The notes beneath the pieces were generated by a model. It did no database searches. It had not been told where the DNA came from and saw only the letters and a program-made list of their open reading frames with translations. Below, one piece after another: positions 18,328 through 28,495 of a stretch of DNA of 64,000 bases (positions within the stretch are counted from its first letter, which is position 1; every line of letters starts with the position of its first letter). Location: positions 62,001 through 126,000 of the IMG/VR virus record IMGVR_UViG_3300031951_000001; one strand, written 5' to 3'. The position numbers and the translations under genes are program-made.

Positions 18328-18519
18328 TCAGTAATGTTGTATGATTTCTTGAACTGCTCTAGCGGTACCCCAAGAAAAAATTATATATAGTAATTTTCCG
18401 TATATTGGCCAAACGAGTGGATTAAACTCACTTGATAATAGAATTCCGATACAGTACCAAAATCCAAAACCAAATAAGAAGGATACTGATACCTGTGTTA
18501 TAAATTTAAGTAATTTCAT
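18328..18519 (-). CDS. small membrane protein
   Basis: Two hydrophobic segments; TATATTTG upstream on the minus strand. Confidence 0.55.
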   Translation of the reverse strand: MKLLKFITQVSVSFLFGFGFWYCIGILLSSEFNPLVWPIYGKLLYIIFSWGTARAVQEIIQHY

Positions 18520-18571
18520 TTTTTTAGGTTTATATACAAATATAAGGGTATTTATTAATAAAGTTAATATT

Positions 18572-19006
18572 ATGTCTAAAATTGTAAGATTGACAGAATC
18601 TGATTTAAAAAGAATTATCGAAATGGTCTCTTTGGAGATGAAAAAAAACTTAACTGAATCTGTTGAGTCAAAATCAAGAATTATCTATGAAGATGCATAT
18701 GGTAGCGTTGAGGAAACTGATTTTGTGGTCAGTGATTTATTAAGTGAAGCTGAATATAAAGGTAGAAAAGTACAACTTGGTAAAATCATGCAGGGTGACG
18801 TAAAGAAATTCAAAGTTTATGTTAAAAACGATAAAGGTAATGTGGTTAAAGTTAATTTTGGATTTGGGGGCTCGTCGGCCAAAGGTAAAAGAATGGTAAT
18901 TAAAAAAAATAATCCGGCAAGACGTAAATCATTCAGAGCAAGACACAACTGTGACAATCCTGGACCAAGATGGAAGGCCAGATATTGGGCGTGTCGTACT
19001 TGGTAA
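18572..19006 (+). CDS. basic phage protein with RLTESDL leader
   Basis: KKFKVYVK..KVNFG..RRKSFRARHNC..ARYWAC..W; begins MSKIVRLTESDLKRII. Confidence 0.7.
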   Translation: MSKIVRLTESDLKRIIEMVSLEMKKNLTESVESKSRIIYEDAYGSVEETDFVVSDLLSEAEYKGRKVQLGKIMQGDVKKFKVYVKNDKGNVVKVNFGFGGSSAKGKRMVIKKNNPARRKSFRARHNCDNPGPRWKARYWACRTW

Positions 19007-20014
19007 TTACTTATCGTATCTTTTACGGGCGTTTTCTGTTATGAACACAAAATCAGAATATTTGAATGACTCAAGATTTTTTGAATTGGTATAAGACATT
19101 GCCGACCTCAAATAATCCTTAAAGTTTTCAGTCCAACCCGTTAATGAGTATTCGACTTTATTCATCCGATGGACACCCTCGGATGTTTTAATTTTACCTC
19201 GACCCCATTTTTTCTGAACCTCCTTTGTACTCATACCTCTAAACTTTTTGTAGAAATACTTTCTCATAAATGGATATTTTTCCCAAATTTTAGTAGCCCG
19301 TTCTTTGGATAATTTAAACTTACCAAACAACAGAGTATCTGAACATGATTCCAAAGTTTTATTCAACATACCTCCTAACATCACATAGTCGGCACCTAAA
19401 GCAAGGGCTTTAATAATGTCATCATAATTTTTAAAACCACCATCGGCAACAATTTTAGAGTTATAACCCCACTGTTTTTTAATTTCAAAACATTCCTTAA
19501 TCAAAGACGCCATGGGATAATGGACACCAGTATTTGCCGATGTTAAACAACCACTACCACCACCGATACCAACACGAATATATTTTACACCAATCTCGGC
19601 AAATTTTTCATACGTCTTTGGGTTGGCAATATTACCAATCATCAGTTCTCCATATGGGTATTGTTCCATAAATCTTTTGGATAGATTATATAGTTTTTCC
19701 ATATGACCGTTGGCAATATCAACCAGTATTTTTGGTAGTACCGAACACTTGGTATTTACCAATTTCTCAAATTCATCTAATGATATAGATTTGAAACCTG
19801 TATAAGTCGGCTCCATTCCCCTTGGGTAACATAGAACCATGTTTTCTTGCCAAAAATCGATAGAACTTGTGTAATCAATAACAGTATCCATTGGTGACAC
19901 CATAAGGGGTAAATGTTTAGAATCTGTCAAAATATCAATCTCACTACGAGACGAAATTGATGAGATGGTTTCAGGAACCAATGTGATATCTTTGAAATCG
20001 AACTTTTTATCCAT
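19007..20014 (-). CDS. GMP reductase / IMP dehydrogenase family protein
   Basis: SPMDTV, DIANGH, RVGIGGGSGCLT, ADGG, VMLGGML, FRGMS, SAMSY. Confidence 0.88.
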   Translation of the reverse strand: MDKKFDFKDITLVPETISSISSRSEIDILTDSKHLPLMVSPMDTVIDYTSSIDFWQENMVLCYPRGMEPTYTGFKSISLDEFEKLVNTKCSVLPKILVDIANGHMEKLYNLSKRFMEQYPYGELMIGNIANPKTYEKFAEIGVKYIRVGIGGGSGCLTSANTGVHYPMASLIKECFEIKKQWGYNSKIVADGGFKNYDDIIKALALGADYVMLGGMLNKTLESCSDTLLFGKFKLSKERATKIWEKYPFMRKYFYKKFRGMSTKEVQKKWGRGKIKTSEGVHRMNKVEYSLTGWTENFKDYLRSAMSYTNSKNLESFKYSDFVFITENARKRYDK

Positions 20015-20077
20015 ATTATTTGTTTAACACTAAAATATAAGTGAAAAATTATTATTGGTCAAAGAGTATTTATTGAT

Positions 20078-21058
20078 ATGTTAAGTGAAAAATCGATAGA
20101 TAGGATTAATGATATACTAAAGGACCAAACATTCAACTACACTGGAGAAATATTGAGCACTATTGATTGTGATATTGATTTCAAAATTGAGTTGTTAGGG
20201 TATCGAAATATGATAAGAGTGGGTACGGAATACCCATATATGAGAGTCAAAATTATTTTTACAAAGTTTAATGATGATGTTAGTAAATTGATTTTCAGAA
20301 GATTGGAGGAAGTTGGCCCTAATCATAAATTTAATTTTATGAAAACTGCGTTATCCATGAAGTATGGATTAGAAAATTACTTATCTTCGGTGCTACAATT
20401 CTTCGACCCCGAAAATAATCAAAATGTGGTTATAGATGATGTTGAAATACGAGACAAGTTTGAAAGTGACGAACCAATACTAGAACAAAGAATGAGCAGA
20501 CAAGCAACCAGACAAGTAGTACGAGACATTGTAAATGCTTTAAAATTAGGTAAATCAGGTGAATTTTATTTACCTGAAGATGAATCTGGTTTGTATATTT
20601 TTTCTAAATACCCTATTGGATTTACAGTTGAGTTATCATTGAAAAGAACAAAAAAAGTTGATGGTTTTAAAATCAATGCGAATTATGTTCCTGATGAGGA
20701 TGTGATTGAAATAGTCATTATGTTTAATCCTGCCAATTTGTCTAAAAATCTATATGATATCATTGGAGAACTTAATGAAATTATTGCTCACGAATTAGAA
20801 CATGGGGTGCAAACTTACAAAGGTGAATTTGACGGTCACGATGAGGACGATGTTGAAAATTCATTGGAGTATTATACCCAATCTCACGAAATTCCGGCTC
20901 AAGTGAAAGGTTTTAGAAGATTATCAAGTTTGAGAAAACAACCATTTGAACAAATTGTTAGAAATTGGTTTGATACTCACGGAGATATTCACAATTTAAG
21001 TGATGATGAAAAAGAACAAGTAATTGACCAAATTATGGATTATAATAAAACGATTTAA
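20078..21058 (+). CDS. two-domain protein with C-terminal HExxH zincin-like domain
   Basis: IAHELEHGVQ..YYTQSHEIPA; internal ILE|Q junction. Confidence 0.65.
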   Translation: MLSEKSIDRINDILKDQTFNYTGEILSTIDCDIDFKIELLGYRNMIRVGTEYPYMRVKIIFTKFNDDVSKLIFRRLEEVGPNHKFNFMKTALSMKYGLENYLSSVLQFFDPENNQNVVIDDVEIRDKFESDEPILEQRMSRQATRQVVRDIVNALKLGKSGEFYLPEDESGLYIFSKYPIGFTVELSLKRTKKVDGFKINANYVPDEDVIEIVIMFNPANLSKNLYDIIGELNEIIAHELEHGVQTYKGEFDGHDEDDVENSLEYYTQSHEIPAQVKGFRRLSSLRKQPFEQIVRNWFDTHGDIHNLSDDEKEQVIDQIMDYNKTI

Positions 21059-21687
21059 TTACCTCTGAATCGATTTACCATTTTTTTGACAAGTTTGACG
21101 ATACCAATAGAAGATACGGTCAATAATCCAAAGGATGAAATTCTCAAAGCCAACTGTTTTAAATCGGCTTCATCCAATTGACCCGTTTGAGCAATACCGA
21201 TTAGTTTTTCAACCAAAGGAATGATGAATGTGTAGGTCATCATATTAGTTACTTTATGAAATGTCAAATTTAAACTTTCAATAAAAGTTAAAAAACTATC
21301 CTTTAATTCTTTTGCCTTTGTAAAAACCTCCTTAAAATATTCGGATAACCCCTTCTCTTTAATTTTTTCAAGAATTGAGGAAATCATTTTTTTATTGTCC
21401 AAATAAAATGTTGAAATGATTCCAATTAATATTGAAGTTATTTGAGCCGAATTTAATTCAGGAAATTTTCCCTCGATAAAATCTGTCAGAGGACCAACAA
21501 AACCACCAATACTAGCTCCCCAAGTCATCATAAACTGAAGATTAAGTCCCATCTGTTCTTTTGATTCCTTTAGAATTTCAGAGGCCATTTGGTAATTTTT
21601 TTTAATGGTTTCAGCAAAATCATCAGATAAAGATTCTGTAATTAGAACTTTTCTCTGATGTTCTGTTATTAATACTGACATTTTCAT
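21055..21687 (-). CDS. hypothetical protein with VLITEHQ leader
   Basis: MKMSVLITEHQRKVLITES; hydrophobic segments. Confidence 0.65.
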   Translation of the reverse strand: MKMSVLITEHQRKVLITESLSDDFAETIKKNYQMASEILKESKEQMGLNLQFMMTWGASIGGFVGPLTDFIEGKFPELNSAQITSILIGIISTFYLDNKKMISSILEKIKEKGLSEYFKEVFTKAKELKDSFLTFIESLNLTFHKVTNMMTYTFIIPLVEKLIGIAQTGQLDEADLKQLALRISSFGLLTVSSIGIVKLVKKMVNRFRGN

Positions 21688-21732
21688 ATACTAATAAATA
21701 CTTCGAATATATTTATTGGTATAATTTTATAG

Positions 21733-22308
21733 ATGTTAAATCCTGAACTAAAAAAAGGCGATACAGTAATTTGTTACCACATGGAAGACGAGTGGAACAG
21801 TGTGCCACCAGGTACCAAGGGTACCGTAACTGGTAAAAGTAGTTTATTTGGTGATATTCAATATTCAGTAAATTGGGAAAACGGCTCAACATTGGCGTTG
21901 ATTTCATCTTGTGACGCTTGGAAACTAGATAAAGAAAGGGTCGACGAACAAGACGGGTCAAATGAAGTTTTCATGAGAAACATTGACGTATTCAGTTACT
22001 TTAAAATGAAATTTTTCAAAAACTACTTACTTAAATTGAGAGAATGTAGTGCTGTTAATATGTTTCAAGCGGCTCCATTTTTATATATGGGAAAAGATAG
22101 GATGGAATTAGAATTTAGATACCACAGAACGGATAATGAAATTTGTGATGAGGTTTTGGATATGGCTAACATAGCTCAAGCCGAAATGATTTCTGGTGTC
22201 ATCAGATATTTGGAAGATAACGGTAAAGAAGTCGAATTAAGCTCAATTAATCGTTTTATACCTAGATTTGCGACTAAAGTACTTGAGAATTACATGCATT
22301 TAGTCTAG
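21733..22308 (+). CDS. DUF4314-like N-terminal domain protein
   Basis: GDTV..MED..VPPGTKGTV..VNWENGSTLAL. Confidence 0.55.
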   Translation: MLNPELKKGDTVICYHMEDEWNSVPPGTKGTVTGKSSLFGDIQYSVNWENGSTLALISSCDAWKLDKERVDEQDGSNEVFMRNIDVFSYFKMKFFKNYLLKLRECSAVNMFQAAPFLYMGKDRMELEFRYHRTDNEICDEVLDMANIAQAEMISGVIRYLEDNGKEVELSSINRFIPRFATKVLENYMHLV

Positions 22309-22587
22309 ATTAAAGACCCATTCACCATTTACAGGAACCGGAGTAATCTCAATATCTAAAAAAACAGGATTTAAGTCGGACGCGTATAACCCAAGAATAT
22401 TATAATCATAGAATTCTTGTGCTTCACTCTCGGTCATACCATCTCTAACCATCAAAATGTTTATAATTTTGGTTTTAGAGTATAATATTTTTCTACCTGT
22501 GAAATCTTCCACAATTCCGATGATTGCGTTATCTAAACCTGTTAGTAAAACCGCATCTTCGGCGTATTCATGAATATCTATCGTCAT
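22300..22587 (-). CDS. phage hypothetical protein
   Basis: GLDNAIIG..EAQEFYDYNILG..PVF; coupled to rmlC. Confidence 0.65.
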   Translation of the reverse strand: MTIDIHEYAEDAVLLTGLDNAIIGIVEDFTGRKILYSKTKIINILMVRDGMTESEAQEFYDYNILGLYASDLNPVFLDIEITPVPVNGEWVFNLD

Positions 22588-23081
22588 TTTTGTATGTATT
22601 CGTTAAATTCTATAGCAACATTATCTTTATCACTTATTACAAGTTGGTTATTACCCAAGTGAGATTCAACAACCGACTTAACTTCAGGAACACTCATCCA
22701 ATGAACCGAAACTTCGTGTTCTTTTGAATAAATCTCATCCACAAAATAACTTACAATTGTACCCGACTCTAAAGTTAAAAACCCGTGAGCATAATTCTTG
22801 GGGACATAAAGACCTTCACCTTCCTTCAACTCATAAACTTCAACCTCACCTATATTATCACCTGTTAAACATACAATAACATCGATGATTCTACCTTTGA
22901 TTACTGTGATGTATTTTGATTGTCTCCTTGGACCGACTTGGAAATGGAGACCTCTCCATGTATATGGGTTGTCGTTAATGCTTAAATTACTTTGCACCCA
23001 ATTATCTTCTAATTTAATTGGTACGAACGACCCTCTGTTATCTTTGTAAACTGGTTGAGTAAATTTTTTCGGAGTTTTCAT
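22584..23081 (-). CDS. rmlC: dTDP-4-dehydrorhamnose 3,5-epimerase
   Basis: DNRGSF, WVQSNLS, RGLHFQ, LYVPKNYAHGFLTL. Confidence 0.88.
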   Translation of the reverse strand: MKTPKKFTQPVYKDNRGSFVPIKLEDNWVQSNLSINDNPYTWRGLHFQVGPRRQSKYITVIKGRIIDVIVCLTGDNIGEVEVYELKEGEGLYVPKNYAHGFLTLESGTIVSYFVDEIYSKEHEVSVHWMSVPEVKSVVESHLGNNQLVISDKDNVAIEFNEYIQK

Positions 23082-23140
23082 GACAGAAATATAAAAAACA
23101 ATTTAACATCAATCAATATATTTATTATAAAAACAAAACT

Positions 23141-23740
23141 ATGAATTCATATTTTTTCAAGATGACCCAAGCAGAAAAGAATAATATTCTTGACCAACAT
23201 AAAACAGTATATGATGGATACGCCACCCAATACGGCCAAAATAACCAACAACCATTATATGTACAAGATTTGGCTAACGACAAAGGTGGTATAACTGTGA
23301 ATAATAGAGGTGATGTTAAATCATACACAAATATGAATATCAATGAGATGTATTATAGTGTAGATGCCGAAACCGCTCCAGAAGTGTCTTTTGATTTTGG
23401 TGGTCCTGATAGCATGGCCGTTAATATGGAAGAACATGAAGATATGATTGGTGATGGACCAACAGATATGGACCACGGGACATTTGAAGATGATGAAACA
23501 GAAATGTTGGTAGGCCCTGAAGGTGAAATGGAAATATTTGTTGATGATGACGATGAGGATATGGATACAATGAGAGGTCGTTTCTTTGATGACGAGGATA
23601 TGGAATCAGAATGGGATGAGCCAAAATTTGACAAGATTGATTTGTCAAAATCAGATGATATTGACATGGACCAATTGGAACCACTTGAAGAACAAGTTAA
23701 TAAAACATTGGACATGTTTAAAAGAATAATTGGCAGATAA
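23141..23740 (+). CDS. acidic hypothetical protein (possibly head-associated)
   Basis: Very D/E/M-rich; ends LEEQVNKTLDMFKRII; TATTTAT upstream. Confidence 0.65.
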   Translation: MNSYFFKMTQAEKNNILDQHKTVYDGYATQYGQNNQQPLYVQDLANDKGGITVNNRGDVKSYTNMNINEMYYSVDAETAPEVSFDFGGPDSMAVNMEEHEDMIGDGPTDMDHGTFEDDETEMLVGPEGEMEIFVDDDDEDMDTMRGRFFDDEDMESEWDEPKFDKIDLSKSDDIDMDQLEPLEEQVNKTLDMFKRIIGR

Positions 23741-23780
23741 TCTGTATTTTAATTTTTTTTTTAATATTTGTTAAGAAAAG

Positions 23781-24122
23781 ATGGATATTATGGAAATCAA
23801 AGAATTAGTTTCATATAGTGTGAACGAAACGACTCAAACTTTGGATGTTACATTCAGATTAATTGAGGATAGCGATGATGAAATCAGAACAGACCAAATT
23901 GGTTTAGATGAAATAAAGAAATTTGGTTATTCTTTTTTAGATAACGATTCAATTAAATTCAGCGACTTATTTGAGGAAGATGAAGAATATGCCGACTTCG
24001 ATGATTTCGATGACGAAGATGAATATCTTGAAGAATCAATCGACGAAGGAGAAGTGGTTTCTTTTTTGACTGAATATTATTTAGTTAATTCAAGAAATTT
24101 ACCAAACGCAGAATTGTTTTAA
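23781..24122 (+). CDS. acidic hypothetical protein
   Basis: 113-aa ORF. Confidence 0.6.
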   Translation: MDIMEIKELVSYSVNETTQTLDVTFRLIEDSDDEIRTDQIGLDEIKKFGYSFLDNDSIKFSDLFEEDEEYADFDDFDDEDEYLEESIDEGEVVSFLTEYYLVNSRNLPNAELF

Positions 24123-24625
24123 GGACCAATTCTTGTCATCTGTAAGGTTATCGATTTTTGGGATAATTCCGTTTCATCATAATACCATTGACCTGTTGTT
24201 CTCAAGGTCAAGCTTTCAAGACCATCGTCTATAATTTTGAATAAAACTCTACGACCTGGTATATTAAATTCAACATAACCAGGGTCATGTATGGACCAAG
24301 ACGGAATCAAATCGTAGAAATATTTTTCAGACCATTCATACTCACCCCATGGAGTGGGAGTAGGACTAAAACAAACGGCACTATAGTCAAAGTGCCAACG
24401 AGAAGAACCGACTTCAATAAAATCGGTAGGGAAATCAGACAACGTATCAGAGTATATATCACCTGGTAAATAGATACTATCGTTAGGTGACCCAAAACTT
24501 TCATTATTCAAAACCGTAATTTTATCAATAACATACTCACCTGATAGAGTTGGAGTGGTTTGTTCTGCGTATCTATAACAAGAAGTTAGACATACGACAA
24601 AAAATAAAATCAGTGTGTTCTTCAT
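24119..24625 (-). CDS. lipoprotein
   Basis: Lipobox CLTS-C; ATG 6 nt after TATATTTG. Confidence 0.65.
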   Translation of the reverse strand: MKNTLILFFVVCLTSCYRYAEQTTPTLSGEYVIDKITVLNNESFGSPNDSIYLPGDIYSDTLSDFPTDFIEVGSSRWHFDYSAVCFSPTPTPWGEYEWSEKYFYDLIPSWSIHDPGYVEFNIPGRRVLFKIIDDGLESLTLRTTGQWYYDETELSQKSITLQMTRIGP

Positions 24626-24674
24626 AATGGGCAAATATAAATTAAATTTTCTATACTACAAAATATTTATCATT

Positions 24675-24935
24675 ATGTCAATGAATATTGATGATTTAAT
24701 TTTAGTATTTAATAAGTACAGTACTGACACCTCAAAAGAAGAATTTGGGGAACAAGACGCGGCGCCGGCAAGTAGTGGTGGGGCATCATCCGGAGGTGGA
24801 GCTAAACCCGTATACCCCACGGTAACAAAGTGGGAATCAGGTGTTGCCAGAACGGGTCCGGCTAATCAAATAGGTCTTACCAAATGGTCCGAAATCGTCA
24901 AAATAAATAGAGGTAAAGCAAACACTTTATTATAG
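24675..24935 (+). CDS. hypothetical protein
   Basis: ATG 4 nt after TATTTAT; KWESGVARTGPANQI. Confidence 0.6.
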   Translation: MSMNIDDLILVFNKYSTDTSKEEFGEQDAAPASSGGASSGGGAKPVYPTVTKWESGVARTGPANQIGLTKWSEIVKINRGKANTLL

Positions 24936-24966
24936 AAAGATATATTTATTAAAAAACCATTTTAAA

Positions 24967-25875
24967 ATGAACAAAAGACAAATTGCTGAGGAAGAGTTAA
25001 AAAGAGCTCTACTCATGATGAAATACGATAGTCGTAAGACTTTAACTGAAAATATTAACAGTAATCAATTAATTACCGAAATAATTCCTGCCGCCTTTCT
25101 TACGATACCTTGGCTTACCACGTATGGGATTGCCGCGGCTAGCTCAATAGGTGCTTGGATTTACAACACTTCTGGTGGAGGAGATGCTTTTGCAAAAACT
25201 CAAGCGTTTTTTCAAGGATGTAATTCAAATACTAAAAATTTAAAACCCACTTTGGGTAAAAGTGAGCACAGGGCCGCCGCAGATAAAATATATAATGCAA
25301 TTGAGGGGGTGGGAACAACACTTAACGATATAAAATCGGCCTTTTCTGAAATGACAACCGTAGCTGACATTTGTGCTATGTACCAGTACTATAATAATAC
25401 CTATGGTGATTTATATGATGATTTGGATAGTGATATTGATGGGGAAGATTTTAGAAAGTATGTTTGGTCGGCAATAGCCCCGCAAGTTGCTGATGCGGAA
25501 GAAGAATTAAACAAAGTCCAAGCAAATCCTGAAACGACTGATGGTAAAAAAACCGAAGATGGTAAAAAAACCGAAGATGGTAAAAAAACCGTATATACTG
25601 GAGGTTCATATAAAGCATGTACTGGTACATACACTCAAGGATGTAAATCAGAAGCAATTAAAAAAGTTCAGGGTTGTTTAGGTTTAGTTGCCGACGGTAA
25701 ATTTGGACCTAAAACTCAAAAAGCTCTCACCGCTAAAGGTTTTACCGGTGGATTTACAGATGCTGATGTTGATAAGATTTGTAAAGTACAAGCGTCTCCA
25801 GAACCTAAAAAAGACGCAATTGATATGTCGGTTGACACAGGACGTGATGTTGCCGATAATAATATAGCACCTTAA
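24967..25875 (+). CDS. protein with C-terminal peptidoglycan-binding domain
   Basis: IKKVQGCLGLVADGKFGPKTQKAL; N-terminal EEELKRALLMMKYD..LTE. Confidence 0.7.
   Translation: MNKRQIAEEELKRALLMMKYDSRKTLTENINSNQLITEIIPAAFLTIPWLTTYGIAAASSIGAWIYNTSGGGDAFAKTQAFFQGCNSNTKNLKPTLGKSEHRAAADKIYNAIEGVGTTLNDIKSAFSEMTTVADICAMYQYYNNTYGDLYDDLDSDIDGEDFRKYVWSAIAPQVADAEEELNKVQANPETTDGKKTEDGKKTEDGKKTVYTGGSYKACTGTYTQGCKSEAIKKVQGCLGLVADGKFGPKTQKALTAKGFTGGFTDADVDKICKVQASPEPKKDAIDMSVDTGRDVADNNIAP
25540..25591 (+). repeat. 18-bp in-frame tandem repeat, about 3 copies (DGKKTE)
   Basis: GATGGTAAAAAAACCGAA repeated. Confidence 0.9.
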
Positions 25876-25887
25876 AATCAAAAAAAA

Positions 25888-27678
25888 ATGAAAAAAAATA
25901 TTAAAGAACAAGCGGCAGGGGCGGCCCAAACGCAATCAGATGAGGGATTTTTGAAAAATTCGTTGAATGCTTGCTTCAAAATTGACCCTAATACTAATAT
26001 TTCAGGAAAATACGGATGGTTCAAATTAGATACTGACCATACCCAACCTGTAAAATTGAAAGATGGTAGATTCGCAATCAAAGGATTTAAAATAAAATTT
26101 ACTAAAACTGAGGGGGTAAATGAAAACATTTATTTTTTAGCTGACAAAACAGTAGTTAACGCAACAACAGGAAACAAGAAACTTTGGGATTGTACAGAAA
26201 TCGCTCAAACCGCCGGTGTGGCTCAAGACACTACAAATTTAACTCCGGACCAAGGCATTAAGCTTAAGGTCATCCAGTCAAAAGATAAAGGTATAACTAC
26301 CACAAAACCTGAAGATATGACAGGTTGGAAATCGGATACTACATCAATCCCTGGTGTTACTCTTTACAAGCAAACCGCTCTTACAAACATGAGGCCAGAC
26401 CAAATTACAAAGCTAGATGAAGTATTGACTGAGAAGGGATATACTAGAGAAGCCCCGGCTTATGGAACACCTGACTATGAGTATGCGAAAAGCAACCCTA
26501 AGACTTTAGCTGATGTGCTTACCCAATATGATATTACTGAAATAGGTATTACTGATTTAACTACAAGAATATATAGATTAAATGTGACTGATTTGGGGCC
26601 TAAGAAGAAAGAAGATGTAAAAAAAGAGATTAAATCATACAAAAATGCTCCAAGATATACCGCATTAGAATGTAAGACAAATATTGAAAACCTTTATTAT
26701 AATTCACCATCGGCAACAAAAAAACCAAGAAAATTCACACCACTCACTGACGAATATGCTATTGAGGAGGCAAAAAATATCGTAATGGCCTGTATAGCTC
26801 AACAAGGTATTGATGGATTTACTGTTGCAAGAGGTTACGACGCAGGAGTATTTGGGGTAAGCACCGATGACCAAGTTAGACAATTAACTAGAGATAAAGG
26901 AATGTATGGTATAAAATCTATGTACGACAGTTGGAGAACATCCCAAAGAACTGCAAGTAATGAAGGAATTGAAAAAGAATTAAAAAATATTATACGTGAA
27001 AATCTAATCTCAATCCAACAAAACAAGAAAAAAGTTTTAACTGAAGAAAGTAAAATCGTTAAAAATAGATTTAAAATTATTGGTGAAGGTAGAACAATTA
27101 AAGGTAAAAAAGATAGAATTAAGTTAAGTGATGAATTAATCAATGAAATGGTCTACCTTAGTTCTCAAGGTTTTGACAAACAAGTAATTAACGAAGGGTT
27201 TTGGGAAGTTCTTTCTGGATTATTTCCAAAAGGAATAGATTCAATATTTGACACATTCAAGGAAAGAGGAATTGCTTGGTTATTAGAAAAAGTAGGATTA
27301 AATCCTGATAGCTGGTTAGGTAGCGTTTTAGTTACAGGACTAGGCGATGTTGATATCATGGATATACCAAAATTATTTAGTGATTGTAATTTTGCAACTA
27401 AAGTGATTTCAAAGGCAATGGCTGAAGGCACGGTTAGACAATTACAACAAAAATATGCTAGTGATAGCCCACTTGCGGATATATTAAGAAATACCGTAGT
27501 TGAGGTGTTAAGTGATACTGAATTAGGTCAAAAGATTGAATCGGCATTGGGTTCAGTGATATGTCCTTTAATTAGTTCAATATCGGGTAAAATGAAAGAT
27601 GCCGCTGCTAGCATTACGGATAATGCGGTAGGGGCTAAAGAAGATTCAGGTATTTTATCAAAAATTGGATTAAGTTAA
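25888..27678 (+). CDS. large hypothetical protein (possibly virion-associated)
   Basis: 596 aa; internal ELKNIIRE, VLTEE and VINE motifs. Confidence 0.7.
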   Translation: MKKNIKEQAAGAAQTQSDEGFLKNSLNACFKIDPNTNISGKYGWFKLDTDHTQPVKLKDGRFAIKGFKIKFTKTEGVNENIYFLADKTVVNATTGNKKLWDCTEIAQTAGVAQDTTNLTPDQGIKLKVIQSKDKGITTTKPEDMTGWKSDTTSIPGVTLYKQTALTNMRPDQITKLDEVLTEKGYTREAPAYGTPDYEYAKSNPKTLADVLTQYDITEIGITDLTTRIYRLNVTDLGPKKKEDVKKEIKSYKNAPRYTALECKTNIENLYYNSPSATKKPRKFTPLTDEYAIEEAKNIVMACIAQQGIDGFTVARGYDAGVFGVSTDDQVRQLTRDKGMYGIKSMYDSWRTSQRTASNEGIEKELKNIIRENLISIQQNKKKVLTEESKIVKNRFKIIGEGRTIKGKKDRIKLSDELINEMVYLSSQGFDKQVINEGFWEVLSGLFPKGIDSIFDTFKERGIAWLLEKVGLNPDSWLGSVLVTGLGDVDIMDIPKLFSDCNFATKVISKAMAEGTVRQLQQKYASDSPLADILRNTVVEVLSDTELGQKIESALGSVICPLISSISGKMKDAAASITDNAVGAKEDSGILSKIGLS

Positions 27679-27748
27679 GAAACCTCTCGGAGTAGACTCC
27701 GAATGGGATAAACCAATTAAAGAAAGGGGGTATTCCAAATCTAACAGA

Positions 27749-27778
27749 AAGATGTCGAGAGACATCTTTTTGTTTTTT
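27749..27778 (+). terminator. intrinsic terminator between convergent genes
   Basis: AGATGTC-GAGA-GACATCT followed by T-run. Confidence 0.75.
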
Positions 27779-28268
27779 ATATGAAACTCTTTCTGAACTC
27801 TTCCCAAATGAACTCAACCTGAGGATTTACAACATCTGAAAATATTGTGGGTTCATACGGTTTTTTTAACAGTTTCATGCCGGCTTCATCAGGAGTTCGA
27901 TTGTCTTTAAATCTATTACAACTTGAACAACACGTTACCAAATTGGTCCAACCATTTCCACCACCTCTAGATTTGGGGACAACATGGTCCACGGTTAAAT
28001 TCCTTTTACTTCCACAATAAACACATTGGTAATCATCTCGTCTGAAAAGCCGGTGACGATTAATTTTTAATTTGTGGTATCTGAATTTTACGTAATTGAA
28101 TAAGCGTATTATGAGAGGTCTAACAAATGTTTGTAAACCAGCAAGTATTGGCTTTTCGTGAGATTTTAATATCTCCGCCTTACCTTTATTAACCAAATTG
28201 AACCCCTTATAAACGGATGTCACATTAATGGGGGTAAAATCTGAGTTTAAAACTAAAACTTTCTCCAT
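27777..28268 (-). CDS. HNH endonuclease
   Basis: RDDYQCVYCG..LTVDHVVPKSRGG..NLVTCCSSCNRFK. Confidence 0.9.
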   Translation of the reverse strand: MEKVLVLNSDFTPINVTSVYKGFNLVNKGKAEILKSHEKPILAGLQTFVRPLIIRLFNYVKFRYHKLKINRHRLFRRDDYQCVYCGSKRNLTVDHVVPKSRGGGNGWTNLVTCCSSCNRFKDNRTPDEAGMKLLKKPYEPTIFSDVVNPQVEFIWEEFRKSFI

Positions 28269-28378
28269 CTATCCAAATATACAAAATTTATGTCGGATAA
28301 AAAATAACTTGTAAAAAAATAATTTATTTGGTTATTTGAAATATGTTCGTATATTTGTACTCAGGAACAACAACATTT

Positions 28379-28450
28379 GCCCCTGTAAGTAAAGGGATAT
28401 ACTATTTCACTTCTAATGAAATTTTTCTGGTTCGAATCCAGACGGGGGTA
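28379..28450 (+). tRNA. tRNA-Arg(TCT)
   Basis: Acceptor GCCCCTG/CGGGGGT; anticodon arm TTTCA-CTTCTAA-TGAAA; T-arm TCTGG-TTCGAAT-CCAGA. Confidence 0.85.
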
Positions 28451-28495
28451 CTAATTTTTTTTGACTATTGGTTCGAGTTGTGATATTTATTAAAT

